From Batkoa obscura (lineage: Eukaryota), in the NCBI GenBank assembly GCA_030770535.1, contig JASVEC010000011.1, positions 744,001-808,000 on the forward strand: DNA of 64,000 nucleotides. The letters run 5' to 3'. The notes under the pieces are model-generated. The model did no database searches. It saw nothing but the letters and a program-made list of their open reading frames with translations, and was not told where the DNA came from. The position numbers and the translations under genes were made by a program. Below are positions 25,098-38,634 of the stretch, one piece after another (the first letter of the stretch is position 1; every line of letters begins with the position of its first letter).

Positions 25098-26475
25098 ATA
25101 TATATTAAATAAAAGTAAAAAAATAATGTATAATAAACATTTTAATGATTTAAAAAATAAAGCAGTAGCTGAGTCAATATTCTTTAAATATGTACTAAAT
25201 AACTTCAAAAATTTAGCAATAAAAACATCCTCATATGCAAAAAACTGTTTAATTGGTTTAATATTTAAAAGTATTTGTATTTTATTAAACATATTAATGA
25301 ATTATATTATTATCCAGTATTTAATAGATTAAAGAAATAAAATACAATTAAAGTTATAAAGTTCATAAAATATAAAAAAACTAAATACTTAAATATTTAC
25401 TAAGCAAACAAGTAGCTTACTAAATAACAAAAATTAGTTATTAAATATTGATATTATTTAAATTATTAATAATTAAAATAATAAATAGTTAAAAAGCAAG
25501 TAACTGTAATAATAGATAAAAACTATTATTATATTGCTTGTATTATGTAAGGATGGTTAATTATAGTTTTGAAGCTAATCATTTCTTTTTATGCAGCTAT
25601 TTATTAACTTAGTAATATATTAATAATATAATTATAACGTTAAAATAATTTATTTATTTGATAAAAAATCTGTAATGTTAGCTATAAAGCAGTCAATAAT
25701 AAATGTTTCTTAATGAAGTTTTATAGGAATGTATATTTATTTGTATATTACGACTTTTATTAATATTAATATATAAGTTATATTAGTAAAAACCTTGCTA
25801 ATCCGGGAATTTCTATCAGATTTAGTAAAAATTCTCCTAATTTATAATATAAATCATAATAAAAAATTCAAAACCATGAGGTACTTTTGCTTTTTGACAA
25901 AGAGTTTATTTTTATAAAGTGGATTAATAAAAAGAAGATAAGAAAAATAGTTGATAATAAATTGGTTTATAAGTGTAAGAAATTATAAAATTAATATAAA
26001 AAATTAAAATCATTATTTCTATGTACAGGTAACTTAATTAAAATAATCTATTAAAAAAATACATATATCTTTAAAATAAAATAAACTAATTTTTTTATAT
26101 CAATTCCTTACAAACAAGCTACCATTTATATTATAAAAAACGGTAGGAGTATTTAATTGCAATAGCCTAATTTTTTAGCGAAAAAAAATGGAGCTTTTAG
26201 ATCTAAAAAAATTACTAATTGAAAAATACTTTGGTAAACAAATTCAATATTGATATTACTATTGTAATTATTAGCTATTTTATTTTGTTTTTGAAAAAAA
26301 TAAGTTAAATAATAACCCAAGTAATAATTCAAATTCATTTAATTTGATTTAATTTGATTTGCTATTAACTAGCAAACATTTAAATTATGCATTTCCCTTT
26401 TGCACTTCAATGATTGCAAACAAAGATATCAACTTTGAATTGAAAAAGCAAATCATCAGCTAAGTTTGACATTGA

Positions 26476-28958
26476 ATGAAGAAGAGAGAAAAGTTAATTA
26501 AATTATTTGAAGTAGGATCAGAAGGGATTGAATTTTCCAAAGTATATTTAAATGGGTTACATGTATTAAAGAGGATAAAAATTAAAAATTTAACGAATAA
26601 ACTGGTCTATGTAAACTTGGAAACCAATTTATCAGAACAGATTACATTCCAATTAAGAAATGAAAATTTACCAGAGACGGAAGACTTAGGTAAGTATAGT
26701 AATTGTTGTTATTTTTTACAATTGACTTTTTATTTTAATTATAGATTTAATCTTAAATGATCGACCTATATTTTATAATGAAATATTTAATCATGTGGAA
26801 CCAATAACGAGTATCTTATTAAAACCAAATTATACTCAATCTTTAGTACTTGGTTATTTACCACAATATATAGCTAAGACACCAACGGAAGTATTAATGG
26901 ATCCTTTTTTTTCAAAAGAAAAAGAAATTAAAAGTGGGGAAATTATAGAACAACATGATTATTTTATTACTCAAGGTTATATTAACTTTAAAGCCAACAT
27001 AGAACATGCAATTAAACTAAAAGGTGGAGAATTGGATACCGATATAATGAATCAACATACATTAACTATACCTTTTAAATCCAATGTTTGTTTGTCGGTA
27101 TTAGATAGTGATATCTCCAATAGTGATATTTCTTTTGGTTCTTGTGCAATCAATGGAATCTATATAAGGGATTTTATGATTTATAATCGTTCTGAAATTG
27201 AATTGGAATATTGTGTTAATTTTATTGGATCGGCAGGAAGTAAATGGCGCCACTTTTTTGAGTTTCATTCTTTACCAACGGGACCTTCTTTTACTTCAGA
27301 GAAGTTAGGTCCATATCAATGTAAAAAAATAAGAATGACTTTTCAACCAATAACGGAATGTGAATTTAATTTAGATATGCAAATTGTTAATATTAATGAT
27401 CCATCAAATTTTATTGAATGTCATTTATATGCTATTGTGGGTGAATTAGATATCAATGAATCACCTGCTATTTCTACTAATACTCATTTATTAGATTATG
27501 GGGATTGTTATGGTGGTGTTTGGGTTAATAGGATATTAACTATCAAAAATTTATCAGATTCTCACTTGGAAATATTATTATCTTCAAGTATACCAGAAGT
27601 TAAATTTGCATTAACTAATGATGACATAAAACATCGTACTAGATTAAGAAGACAAGATAGTTCATCTAATTTATCGGATAATATTAGTGAACCTACTTCA
27701 GCCAATGCTTCCAAACCTCATTCACCTACTTCTTCTAGATTTAAAGATATTGATTTAAATTCGTTAATATTATCCGAAAATAATATAGATAATGATATTA
27801 ATAGTCAAAGATTAAGTAATAATAATAAATACAATCGTATGGATATAGAAAATGAATCAGAAACAGATAATGATAGTATATTAGATTATAAATATCAAAA
27901 CCATGATGGACTACCTAATACAATTACTTATATTGAAGAATTGATATTAAAACCAGGTAGTGAAAAAACAATTAAAGTATACTATCGACCTACTCTAAAT
28001 TTATACTCTACAGATTTCAATGCAGGAAAATTAATAAGAAATAGTTTTCAAATTCAATTATTTTATTTCAAATTAGAAAATATTAATTCAAATTGGCCCA
28101 ATTCACCTTCTTTTATTAAACGTAGTCAAAAAATCAAAATCATTCATTGTAAAGCAAGAAGCTGTACATCTTTTATTGAATTATTGCCATCTAAATTAGA
28201 TTTTGGAGATATTAATATTGGGATGCATAAAACTTTACCAGTATTTATTGCTAATCACTCAGATTTAACAACTCAAGTAGAATTAAGATATGCTTCTAAA
28301 GTTATTAGTTGTCATAAAGGACCATTTGTAATTACACCCAATAGTTCTATTGAAGTGAATGTTACATTATTCCCAAGAAAAATTAATTCAGGTTATAGGA
28401 AACAAATTGTTATTGCTAATTTAAATAACCCCAATAATGATCAAATATTACATGTTCAATCGAATCATGTAGATAAAAATCAAGTTACATTTCATAATTT
28501 ATTTTATAAAATACATACAGCTAGTGGGGCTAATTTTATTAATTTAAATTCCGTCATTGTTAATTCACCTGCATTAAGTAATTTTATAATTGAAAATATT
28601 AGTTTAGATTATTTAACATTAGAATTATCTACTAATCGACCTGAAGAAATGTATTTTTTTAAAATTAATGAAGCAGTACCACAAAGTTTAGAATTGTATA
28701 ATAATGATCCTAATAATCCACTACCTATTAGTAATTTTAATCATGGTTTAAATTCTTTATCTGGAGCAGATTTGAGAGAATCTATATTAGAAAAAATGGA
28801 TGATCAAATAAGAAATCAAAAAAAAGGGATTAAAATTAATAATATTTCAAGAACTTTTAATCAAATTAAAGGAGATCATTATAGATTATTTCGATCTCAA
28901 TCAGCTACTAAAACTACTTCTTATCTAGATTTAGCAGATAATTCTAATAATAATAAGA

Positions 28959-29002
<44 letters not shown>

Positions 29003-30583
29003 TTAGATAATCAATTTAATGATACAAATTCATTAAGACAATTTAAAAAAAATAGTCCATTATCTTCACAATTAAACTTACAAAATCAAAATTATAATAT
29101 AACTTCACCACCTACAGCTGAATCTTCTCATCGATCAAGCCCAATGCAACATAGTATTAATTTGACAAATTCAATATTCCATAAAATGGAAGAAAGTATG
29201 AATCAACCAATACCTTTATTTCCTAATTTAATGGCAGAAGAAGAATATGCTAAAAAAATGATACAACAACGAAAAGATTTAGAAACATTAATAAAAGAAC
29301 AAGTAATTATACCAATAAAAAAAATAACAATACCACCTAATAGTAAATTTCATATTATATTTTTATTTGTAGCTCAAAGACATACAATGCCTCATTTACA
29401 AGGTATACCAAGAACATTTAATGGTAAAATATTAATTAAATTATTGGAATTCGATCAAAATATTATAGATAAAGAATTTAAATCGATGTTAGGTGAAAAA
29501 ATGAATAAAATACCAGTAAGAGAATTAATGGTAAAATCATTAATTAGTAAATCAATAATGGAATTGGGTCAAAAAAATTTTAATTTTGGATTAATTGATA
29601 AAGATGATAGTCGAAATAAAATTATTGTATTAAGGAATTGTAGTGAACATCCATTAGTATTTATGTTACGTAAATCAGGTTCAATAGCTTCAGGAGATCT
29701 TTATTTTGAAGGTAGTAAATATGGAGTTATTAGAGGTTTTGGTAAAAAACAAGTAAATTTATTATTTAATCCATCTTTACCAGGCCCCTTTGAAGAAAAT
29801 ATAATTATACGCAATGTATTTGATCCAGATGATGATAAAGCTTTATTAATTAAAGCTTTAATAAGGAAACCAACTATATTTTCAGTAGAACCATTAACAG
29901 AAGATTTTGGTTCTTGTTATATTAATGAATTATGTGTTAAACCTCGAGATATTCATATAAGTAATACTCATAAATTACCTAAAGTATTTGAAGTAAGAGT
30001 AGACACAGGAGAGATGAATTTTGGATGGTGTTTAGGTGAAGTTTATTTTTATGTTAATTTTGATGAAGAAATTAGTTCATCTATATTAACTATGGAAGTA
30101 GAACAAAAGATTGAAACATTAGAACAAAAATTAAAAATTGCCAAACGTAAAGGAAGAGATGATAAAGTTAAAAAAATTGAAGATAAATTAAATCGATTAA
30201 GAAATGGGGAAGAAGAAATACCAGGTATGGAAGATGATGATGATGAAAATAATTCAAAATTATCATCATCGGATAATAATACTTCCCCATTACCATCAAA
30301 GCCTATAATACCACAATATGGTGAAGCAGGGTATATTCAACGTACATCTAATTCAGTAATATTTACAATCTTAGGTAGCTCAAGGATGTCTGTTTCAATC
30401 TATTTTAAACCAATAGCTACTCAAGGTTTATTAGAATGTTTAAAAAATGGAATGATTACAATGGAAAAAGAATTGGTTTCTGGGCAGATATTAATTCATG
30501 AACATCGTAACAGGGATGTTTGTAAAAGAGTAATATTTCAAGCTACTGTTAATTATAATAGAAAATTATATTCTGGACTATAA
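26476..30583 (+). CDS. Large uncharacterised protein with repeated Ig-like/PapD-like (ASH-type) beta modules and a poly-Asn tract
   Basis: Exon 1 (26476-~26689) joins a 3.8-kb open frame across a GTAAGT..ATAG intron. Recurrent 'l[DN][FY]G..(10-15)..i.N.S' motifs: ISFGSC/IYNRS, LDYGDC/IKNLS, LDFGDI/IANHS, FNFGLI/LRNCS, EDFGSC/ISNTH. The domain label is an inference. Confidence 0.75.
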
Positions 30584-31420
30584 TAACATAAAGATAATTT
30601 ATAAAAAAAGTTTTTATTTGAAAATGATCAATTAAATTGTTATCAAAAGTAAAATTAAGGGATAAAATTGGAGTGTAAATAGGAGACTATGGATACATAA
30701 AGTTTATTTCCAGAATAAAAAGGGAGTAATAAATTATTGAGTTATTAAGCACTTTTTATTTTATTTTAGATGAATTAATTGTAGAATATAGTTTTAAATT
30801 ATGAGTTTTTATTTATTAAATGGGATAATAAAATAATTGATATTTAAGGTTTAAGTAAAAAAATAATTAGGTTTTATTTCTTATAATTTTACAAATATAA
30901 TATCAATTATAAAAATTACAAATTTTAAATCTATTTTAAAGCTTTTGAAGTTTTCTTATAAAACTAAATTTAAATATAACCTCTAAATTCAATAAGTTTT
31001 ACTACTTTAATTATAAATTATTATTTAATCAGAATGTTAAAAAGCAACTAAACGTAACAAGAAATATTTGCCTTCTACTCGAACTATCCCTGATTGACCT
31101 AATTCTTTCCATAGATAAAAGCTTCGATTTAAAAAAACCAATAACTTTTAAAAAAAAAAAAAAGTTATCAAGTTAACGAGTTATAAACTACATTCATCAT
31201 GTGTTTTTGAACTTCATATAGAAGGATCGAAGTATTTACTAATAGTTGGGGATTGTGAGTATGCATGCTTCTTTAATTCTTAGTTATGGGATTAAGAATT
31301 TAAAGGATGTGGATTCGTTTTTTTGACTAAAAATTCTTTTCATGTGGAAATTTTTGTCCACTTTTTTATAAAGTAAAAATTGAAAAAAAATTACAATGAA
31401 TTTTCAAAAAGTGTCTATAT

Positions 31421-31518
31421 GGGGATGTATTTTTATGTTTAAGAGTTTTACTAACAATCTTTCCGCTGAAATAGTGTTTAAAAATGGAAAAAGTAATGAA
31501 ACCAAAAAAAACACCCCC
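31421..31518 (+). mobile_element. ~98-bp MITE copy
   Basis: GGGGATGT...ACACCCCC with ATAT TSD. Confidence 0.8.
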
Positions 31519-31656
31519 ATATCACGGAGTAATTCAATTAAAAAGCCTCAAGTTATTATGAAGAATCTCTTTTATACTCCAACTAGTTTTATAAACAAGT
31601 TAAATGATTGTTATGTGATAATCAATTATAGAGCTGATGAAGCAATATTTCACATA
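31519..31656 (+). mobile_element. Truncated, internally deleted LTR-like fragment (subfamily B, 3' part)
   Basis: Matches 15230-15299 joined to 15483-15556 at CAACT. Ends in TTTCACA. Confidence 0.7.
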
Positions 31657-31928
31657 TATTATATATTTATTGAACATATAATAAAAATAATATAAAACAT
31701 ACAATTAAAAAAATTAGTTATATTATAGCATTTTTGAAATTAGAAATAAAATATAGTAAATTAACTAATAAACAAAAATTATTAAATATAAATATAAATA
31801 TAAATATAAATAAAGTTAAATGATTTTGCTATTAAAATCTAATATATATTTATTTAAATTTATTATTATATTTTTATTGGTTTTTATACAATTTTTCTTT
31901 AAGCATTAAATTTTATAAAAAAACATAT

Positions 31929-32158
31929 AGTGATGTTTTTTGGCTTCATTATTTTTTCCATTTTTAAGCACTATTTCAGCGGAAAGATTATTAGTAAAAT
32001 TCTTAAATACAAAAATACATCCTCATATTATATTTTTAATAATGCTAAAATATATGGTTTAAAGATATGTTTTTTTATTTAAGAATTTTACTAACAGTTT
32101 TTCCATTCAAATAGTACTTAAAGAATGGAAAAAGTGATAAAATCAAAAAAACACCTTT
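31929..32158. mobile_element. Two degenerate MITE copies in opposite orientation (31929-32024 and ~32061-32158)
   Basis: Both match the family consensus, with eroded termini. Confidence 0.7.
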
Positions 32159-33334
32159 ATGTAGTGATAATAAAATATTTTAAACACTTATGATTTAATA
32201 GAACTAAATCAAAAGCCAAACTAAAGTAAACTATAAATTAATATTTATATGTTAAATGAATTAAAATATTAAACAGTATTTATGTTAAATAAATAAAGAA
32301 ACATAAAAAATAAAATTTTATCAAGTTTTTATTTTTATTATTAAAATATTTGGATTGATTAAATCTCAGTTAAGCAACTTTTGAAAATTCTACCCAATTA
32401 TATTAAACACTAATGTAATTAAAAATGCCAAAATTTGGTTCAAAATTTTGTATGTATAAACTAAACAGTTATGCGCTTAAAAATAACACTTGAATTTAGC
32501 TGGGTTCTGTAATATATTAATAAAAACGCGAAAAAACAACTAATAAATAATAGATAAAGTAGTTTTTTATATTAAATTATATTTTTTTAGCACTCAGTTG
32601 ATGACTAGTTAAATACAGAGTTTATAATTATTTTATTGAACATTTAATTGATATATTTATATTTATTTTAATTAAAGCTTAATATTATTAATTGCCTAAT
32701 ACCAATAGCTATTACGCCTTTAATTAATACATGAATAGCTTTTACAAATCCAATTTTATTACAAAAATTTAAGGATAATAAAGTTAAGAATAAATATGGG
32801 AAATATCATTAAAGCAAATATGTATAAAGCCGTTGTCTCATAGTAAATAGTCAAACGATAACTAAAAAAATTACTAATTTAAATAAAAGTATAATAAAAC
32901 ACTATATTGCCAAGTAATTTTTTTCCCATGATTAAAATATCCTATATCTAATTTTAATTTAATGTATTTTGTTAATTAATTTGATTAAGTAATATCATTA
33001 GAATTTGATAAATAAATAGAATAATATTTTAATGAAATCAAAAGTTAGGTTATATAGTTAATTTAAAGAATAATTAAATTAAATTATAAAGCGTACCTTG
33101 AATATTAAATAAATTCTACCAATACTGTTATTTCAATTAAATATATCAACAGTTAACGATTCCAACTAATCTTTAGCCTTGTTTTTGTCAGACAATTAGA
33201 CTATGTAAAAATCAACCCATGGTATAGTAACACTAAATACATATTCATTAAAAAAGTATATAAACCCTGTAAATGTTGGTCTTATACTTATAAAAATTAT
33301 ACATCAAATCAATCATCTATAATATATTAGAAAC

Positions 33335-34417
33335 ATGCTCTTAAGTTACAATAATCCGGTTATTATTGCTTTATTTTTCGGTATATCATTAATCCAATGT
33401 CAATCAACTAAAACAACTAGTAACAGTGTTACTACTACTATTACTAATGATAACGTATTGCCATCAAATGATGTCAACCCCAGTTTGAACACTGACACCA
33501 ACAATACGAAACCAGTACAAGATGATTACTTTAAAGATTTGATGGAGAATTTAAATTATTTACAAGAAAATGTCAAATTAGAACCAGAACCCCAGGAGGA
33601 AGCCACTGGACGTTCCATTGAATTACCAACTCAATTGAAAGTGAGTGATATTCAAACTAGTAAATATTATGCTCGATTAGCAGGTGCAGCTTATTGTAAT
33701 GATATGAATTTAATGAATTGGTCATGTTCTCATTGTCAACATATACCAATTCAACATCGAGGAACTTATTTTGATAAAAAAACAGAAACTAAAGCTTATT
33801 TAGCTGTTGATAGTATGAAAAAAGCTATCACTTTAGGCTTTCGTGGAAGTTCCTCATTAAGAAACTTTATTCAAGATGCTAAATTTCTCAAAGATCCTAT
33901 CATGTTTGATAAAAAAGAATATAAAGTTCATCGTGGGTTTAAACAGTGTAGTGATGCATTATTACCAATGTATATGAATAAATTAAAACAACTAATGAAT
34001 GAACATAAAAGTTATAAATTAGTTATTGTTGGACATAGTTTGGGTGGTTCAATAGCCACTTTAAGTTCTTTAATGTTAAGAGAAAAGTTAAACTTAAAAG
34101 ATGATAAGTTGGAAGTATTTACTTATGGAGAACCAAGAGTTGGAGATAAAGAATTTGCACGATATTTGAATCAACAAAGTTTTACATTCACTCGAGTTGT
34201 TAATAATAATGATATGGTACCTCATTTACCACCTAAGCTTAGTCTAATCTCTGATTATTGTCATCATCATAATGAGCTTTGGGTTAATGGCAATAGAAAT
34301 ATTCATTGTAAAACTAATAAATTAGAAGATTCTAGTTGTTCTGCTTCAAAATGGTATAAACCTTCAGTAAATGATCATTTGACTGTTTGGGGTATTAGAT
34401 TGGGTGGTGAATGTTAA
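33335..34417 (+). CDS. Secreted class-3 lipase, copy F (identical protein to copy E, inverted)
   Basis: The 360-aa translation is identical to 21729-22811. Confidence 0.93.
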   Translation: MLLSYNNPVIIALFFGISLIQCQSTKTTSNSVTTTITNDNVLPSNDVNPSLNTDTNNTKPVQDDYFKDLMENLNYLQENVKLEPEPQEEATGRSIELPTQLKVSDIQTSKYYARLAGAAYCNDMNLMNWSCSHCQHIPIQHRGTYFDKKTETKAYLAVDSMKKAITLGFRGSSSLRNFIQDAKFLKDPIMFDKKEYKVHRGFKQCSDALLPMYMNKLKQLMNEHKSYKLVIVGHSLGGSIATLSSLMLREKLNLKDDKLEVFTYGEPRVGDKEFARYLNQQSFTFTRVVNNNDMVPHLPPKLSLISDYCHHHNELWVNGNRNIHCKTNKLEDSSCSASKWYKPSVNDHLTVWGIRLGGEC

Positions 34418-34566
34418 TTTTAATAAACAACTTTTTTATTTATTTTTTATTTTTATTTTGTTTATTTTTTATTGAAATTAAATAATGCTACTGTATAATA
34501 TCAGATGAAACTAAGTATGTTTAAATTCTAATAACACAAAAAAATTTAAATTTTCAGAAATTATAT

Positions 34567-34657
34567 GAGATGCCTTTCTTTCGTTATTTTCTTCTTTTTT
34601 TAAACGCTATTAAGTGGAAATTTTATCAGCAAAATCCTTGATGGAAAAAATACCTCC
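34567..34657 (-). mobile_element. Degenerate MITE copy
   Basis: Diverged match to the consensus (aaacgctattaagtggaaa...aaaatccttga). Confidence 0.6.
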
Positions 34658-35296
34658 ATAACTGTTTATTTTGTAAATATTAGCTATTATGAAATTAGCT
34701 AATGTTGTATTTCTCATACCAATAATAAAATTGTAATTAAGTAGCTATAAAAATTAAAGCTATTAATCCCTACTTGACCTTAATGTATTTTCTTGAGGCT
34801 ATTTTTATTAAACTTATGGCTAATTGCTTATCTATTAGGAAAAATCAACTCAATTTGCGTATAAATAACTTACAACTTTTATCTGATATAAAAAAATGTA
34901 ATATCAAAGATAATAGTCTAACTGTCAATCTCTGATCCTTTTAACAGATCTTCTTAATCCTTTATTTAATCTTATCCCCTATAGCTAGGTTTTAAATCAT
35001 CAGATAACAGCAGACACAAAAGGTTCGAGATTCCAAAAAAATTACATAAAGTTTTCAATGACTTCATTTTTAGGCTCATTTCTAAACTTAGCAATTTTGT
35101 CATTAGTTAAAATAACTATAATCTCCTCAAATGTCAACTAATGAATAATCAAGCTCCCAGGGCAGGAATTTTTACTAAGTTTGAAATAAAGACCATAAGT
35201 TTTTATCACTTTATTTCATTTAATTTCATCAATTATTATTGATTATTTTTGTTATATCAATATAGCATTATTATAACATTGAAACAAATAATTACA

Positions 35297-36823
35297 ATGG
35301 GTGAAAAGCCAACCTCTGCTTTAAGCTTAGATTTTATTATTAATAATTATGAGGAAGATGGAAAACAAGTTGATGAAATGATAGAACAAGAGGAGATTGA
35401 AGGAAATGCTCAACATATTCAAATGGAAAACGAAGTAAACTATGATTTAAATTCAGAAATGGTAGTTCTATATTCTTTAGTAGAGAAATTCGACTAATCT
35501 TTTAGGGACCTGAAGCAATAAATTCCACTTTACCACCATTAAATTCACCTGAGTGTAAAGCCTGTATCATTGAAATCAATAATAATCTACCCGACCCTCT
35601 AAGTATCAATAACTCGCTTAATTTAAATAAGAATAAAAAAAGTAAATCAAACTCATTTGAAAATCAAAATTTCAGTCAAGAGCAACCAATAACAAATTAT
35701 AACCAAGATAAGATAAATGAAAATGAATATAAAACTCAACAAAACGATTATCAACTACTTTATGAAAGTGATGAGGATGTAAGAAAAACTAAAAATCAAA
35801 GTAGTATGTCACCTCATAAATCTTCATATGTAAATATTGTTCGTACTCAAATAAATACCAAAAGACCACTTAATGAATCCACTTCAGACCACCTTTACCA
35901 CGAAGGAAAAGAAGAAATTGAAACAATACGTTGTATGTGGGAAGCGTGTCCAGCTCAATTTGAGTCTCAAGATGAGTTAGTACCTCATATATCAACAAAT
36001 CATGTAGGAGGACGAAAAGTTGATAGTCAATGTAAATGGGAAACTTGTAGTGCGATGAAAAACAACAGTGATGAGCTACTAAGTCATCTTTATCGGGATC
36101 ATTTGGGCTTTAAAAGAGTTAAATTGACATGTTTATGGGATGATTGTCGTACCCAGTATTCTAGTTTTGATGAGTTAACAGCTCATTTATCAGAAGGTCA
36201 TGTAGGCTCGGGTAGATCTCAATATATTTGTAATTGGTATAAATGTGAAAGAGGTGGCAAACCTTTTACCCAAAGACAAAAAGTTATGCGTCATTTACAA
36301 GTTCATACGGGTGATAAACCTTATATTTGTAATCTATGTGAACGAAGGTTTGCTCAATCCAACGTTATGACTCAACATCTTCGTACTCATACGGGAGAAA
36401 AGCCTTATAAATGTTCCGAGCCAAAATGCTCAAAAGCTTTCTCTATACCATGGGCTTTAAATTATCATTTGAGGACTCATAATGGTAGGTTTTTATTGAA
36501 GGATTTTTTAGTTTAATTGAATCATTTTTAGGGGAACGACCGTTTGTATGTAGTTATGAAGATTGTAAAAAGCAATTTAGTAACTCATCCAATTTATCAA
36601 AACATGTAAGCTTTATTTAGTTTATTTTTCTAGAAGTTTAGTTTATTAATATCTTTAATAGCAAAAGATTCATTCTGGAGTGAAACCATTTGAGTGTAAA
36701 ATCGATCCCACTTGTAAAAAACGATTTGCTAGATTAGATCATGCTAAAAGACATATGAAAGTCCATGTTAATGCGGATGATATCACTTGTCCAACAGAAG
36801 ATCAATCACCTAAATCAAGATAG
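35297..36823 (+). CDS. ZAP1: Zap1/ZafA-like zinc-responsive C2H2 transcription factor (8 fingers, 4 exons)
   Basis: Trp-containing paired fingers (CMWEAC, CKWETC, CLWDDC, CNWYKC) and the FTQRQKVMRHLQVHTG motif resemble yeast Zap1 (FPQRQKLIRHLKVH). Introns at ~35462, ~36486 and ~36606. Confidence 0.78.
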
Positions 36824-37111
36824 GAATTAGCTATAATATTTTAATTTTGTTAGATGTCAAATAATAGTTGATAATATTTTTTTATTCTTTTGTATTTATT
36901 TTATAGTTATAAAGTGATTATATCATAATTAGATTTATTAGATACATTGTTAGTTTTTTATTGATAGATACTTGGATTAAATTTGAATCTTTTCTTATAG
37001 TAATTAATAGCCTAAATGATCTTTTTATATTAATGTTTTCAATAAAACAATCAATTTGAACAATTTCAATCTATATTGCTTTTATTTCCCAAAGACTATA
37101 CTAAGGGGATT

Positions 37112-38634
37112 TTAAAAGTATTCTGAATTATTGAAATAAGGCCTTAAAACTTTTGGTATTACCACCTCTCCTTTATCATTTTGATTCTGTTCAATAATAG
37201 CTAAAATAGTACGAGGTACAGCACAAGCAGTGCCATTAACGGTATGAACAAATTCACTAATTTGTGTTTTTGGGTCTTTAGTCAATCGAATATTTAATCG
37301 ACGACTTTGATAGTCCGTACAATTGGAAGCTGAAGAGATCTAAAATTGTAAGTACGATATTTAATTCTATATAACTATGATTACCTCTCCCCAACGGTTT
37401 TGATAGGGTAGATAAGCCTCAATATCAAATTTTTTATAAGCACTTGCGCCTAACTCTTCAGTTGGCATATCCAAGACCCTTAAAAATGTAAATATTAGCC
37501 ATATAAAAACTCCAAATTAAAATACCTGAAATCCAACTCCAAATCATTAAAAAATTCAATTTGAAACTCCAATATTTCTTCTAGCATTTTTTCACTTTCC
37601 ATAGGTGAACAAAAAGCAAATAATTCCACCTTTGTAAACTGGTGTACTCTATACAGTCCTTTAGTTTCTTTACCTCTAGCACCAGCTTCTGCTCTAAAAC
37701 AATGAGATTGGCCCGCCCATTTCATTGGTAAATTATCAGGCTGAATTACCTGATTTAAATTCATACCAGCTAAAGCAATCTCTGAAGTAGCTGCAAGATA
37801 AAGGTCTGAGTTTGAATGAGCACTTACATTATAATTTTGATTTAAATTATTATCTCTAGGTTGAAACCCACAGGCATTGACAACATCTTTTCTTACTAAA
37901 TCAGGGGTTAAAATAGGGCTAAATCCTTTGGACATAGCTTTTGATAGTGCTAATTGACATAACGCTAACTCCAACATAGCTCCTTGATTTTTTAAATAAT
38001 AAAAACTGTTACCGGATACTTTGGCTGCGGACCTTAAATCTAACATATCTTTTTTGATTAAAAATTCAGTACCATCAGTAATTATTGATGGATAGGTTCT
38101 TCTATTTTTAGTCAAGATGGTTTTCGCATTTTCTTCTGAACCAATGGGCGATTCTGGATGTGTGAAATTTGGGATTAAGCATCCTAACCTTAAAACTTTT
38201 TGTTCTAAGGTCTCAAGTTCCTCTTCTTTTTCCAAAATATCTTTTTTAATCTCTTTTGCTTTTAAAACTAAACATTGTCTATCTTCGGCAGTACTAACTT
38301 TCGATATACTAGTTGAAATCTGGGTCCTCTTTTGTCTCAAATTATTAACTAAATATTGAAGCTGTCCATATTCATTATATGCATTCAAGGCTTCATCTAA
38401 ATCGATATCATTCGATAAGTTACGTTGAGCTATGTTTTTAATCATCTCTTCTCGTCTTTCTTTTAACTCTTTGAAGTTTAAGTGTGGTTTTCCAACGACT
38501 CCGCGTTTTATTAAATAGTTGTAGGAAGCATTTAAGTTTTTGCTGTATACTTGTGATCTAGCTTTATATAAGTATAAATCCTTTTAAAAATATGATGGCC
38601 TATTATGGAACTTACATAGCAGTTTTGTAAGCAT
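37112..38634 (-). CDS. DIA4: Seryl-tRNA synthetase, probably mitochondrial (spliced)
   Basis: [75 protein letters not shown]. Basic N-terminal presequence-like exon. Confidence 0.85.

Noticed and set aside
3380..34417. Zap1 response elements (ACCTTNAAGGT) linking the adjacent TF to the lipase cluster
   Set aside because: No convincing match was seen by eye in the lipase upstream regions.
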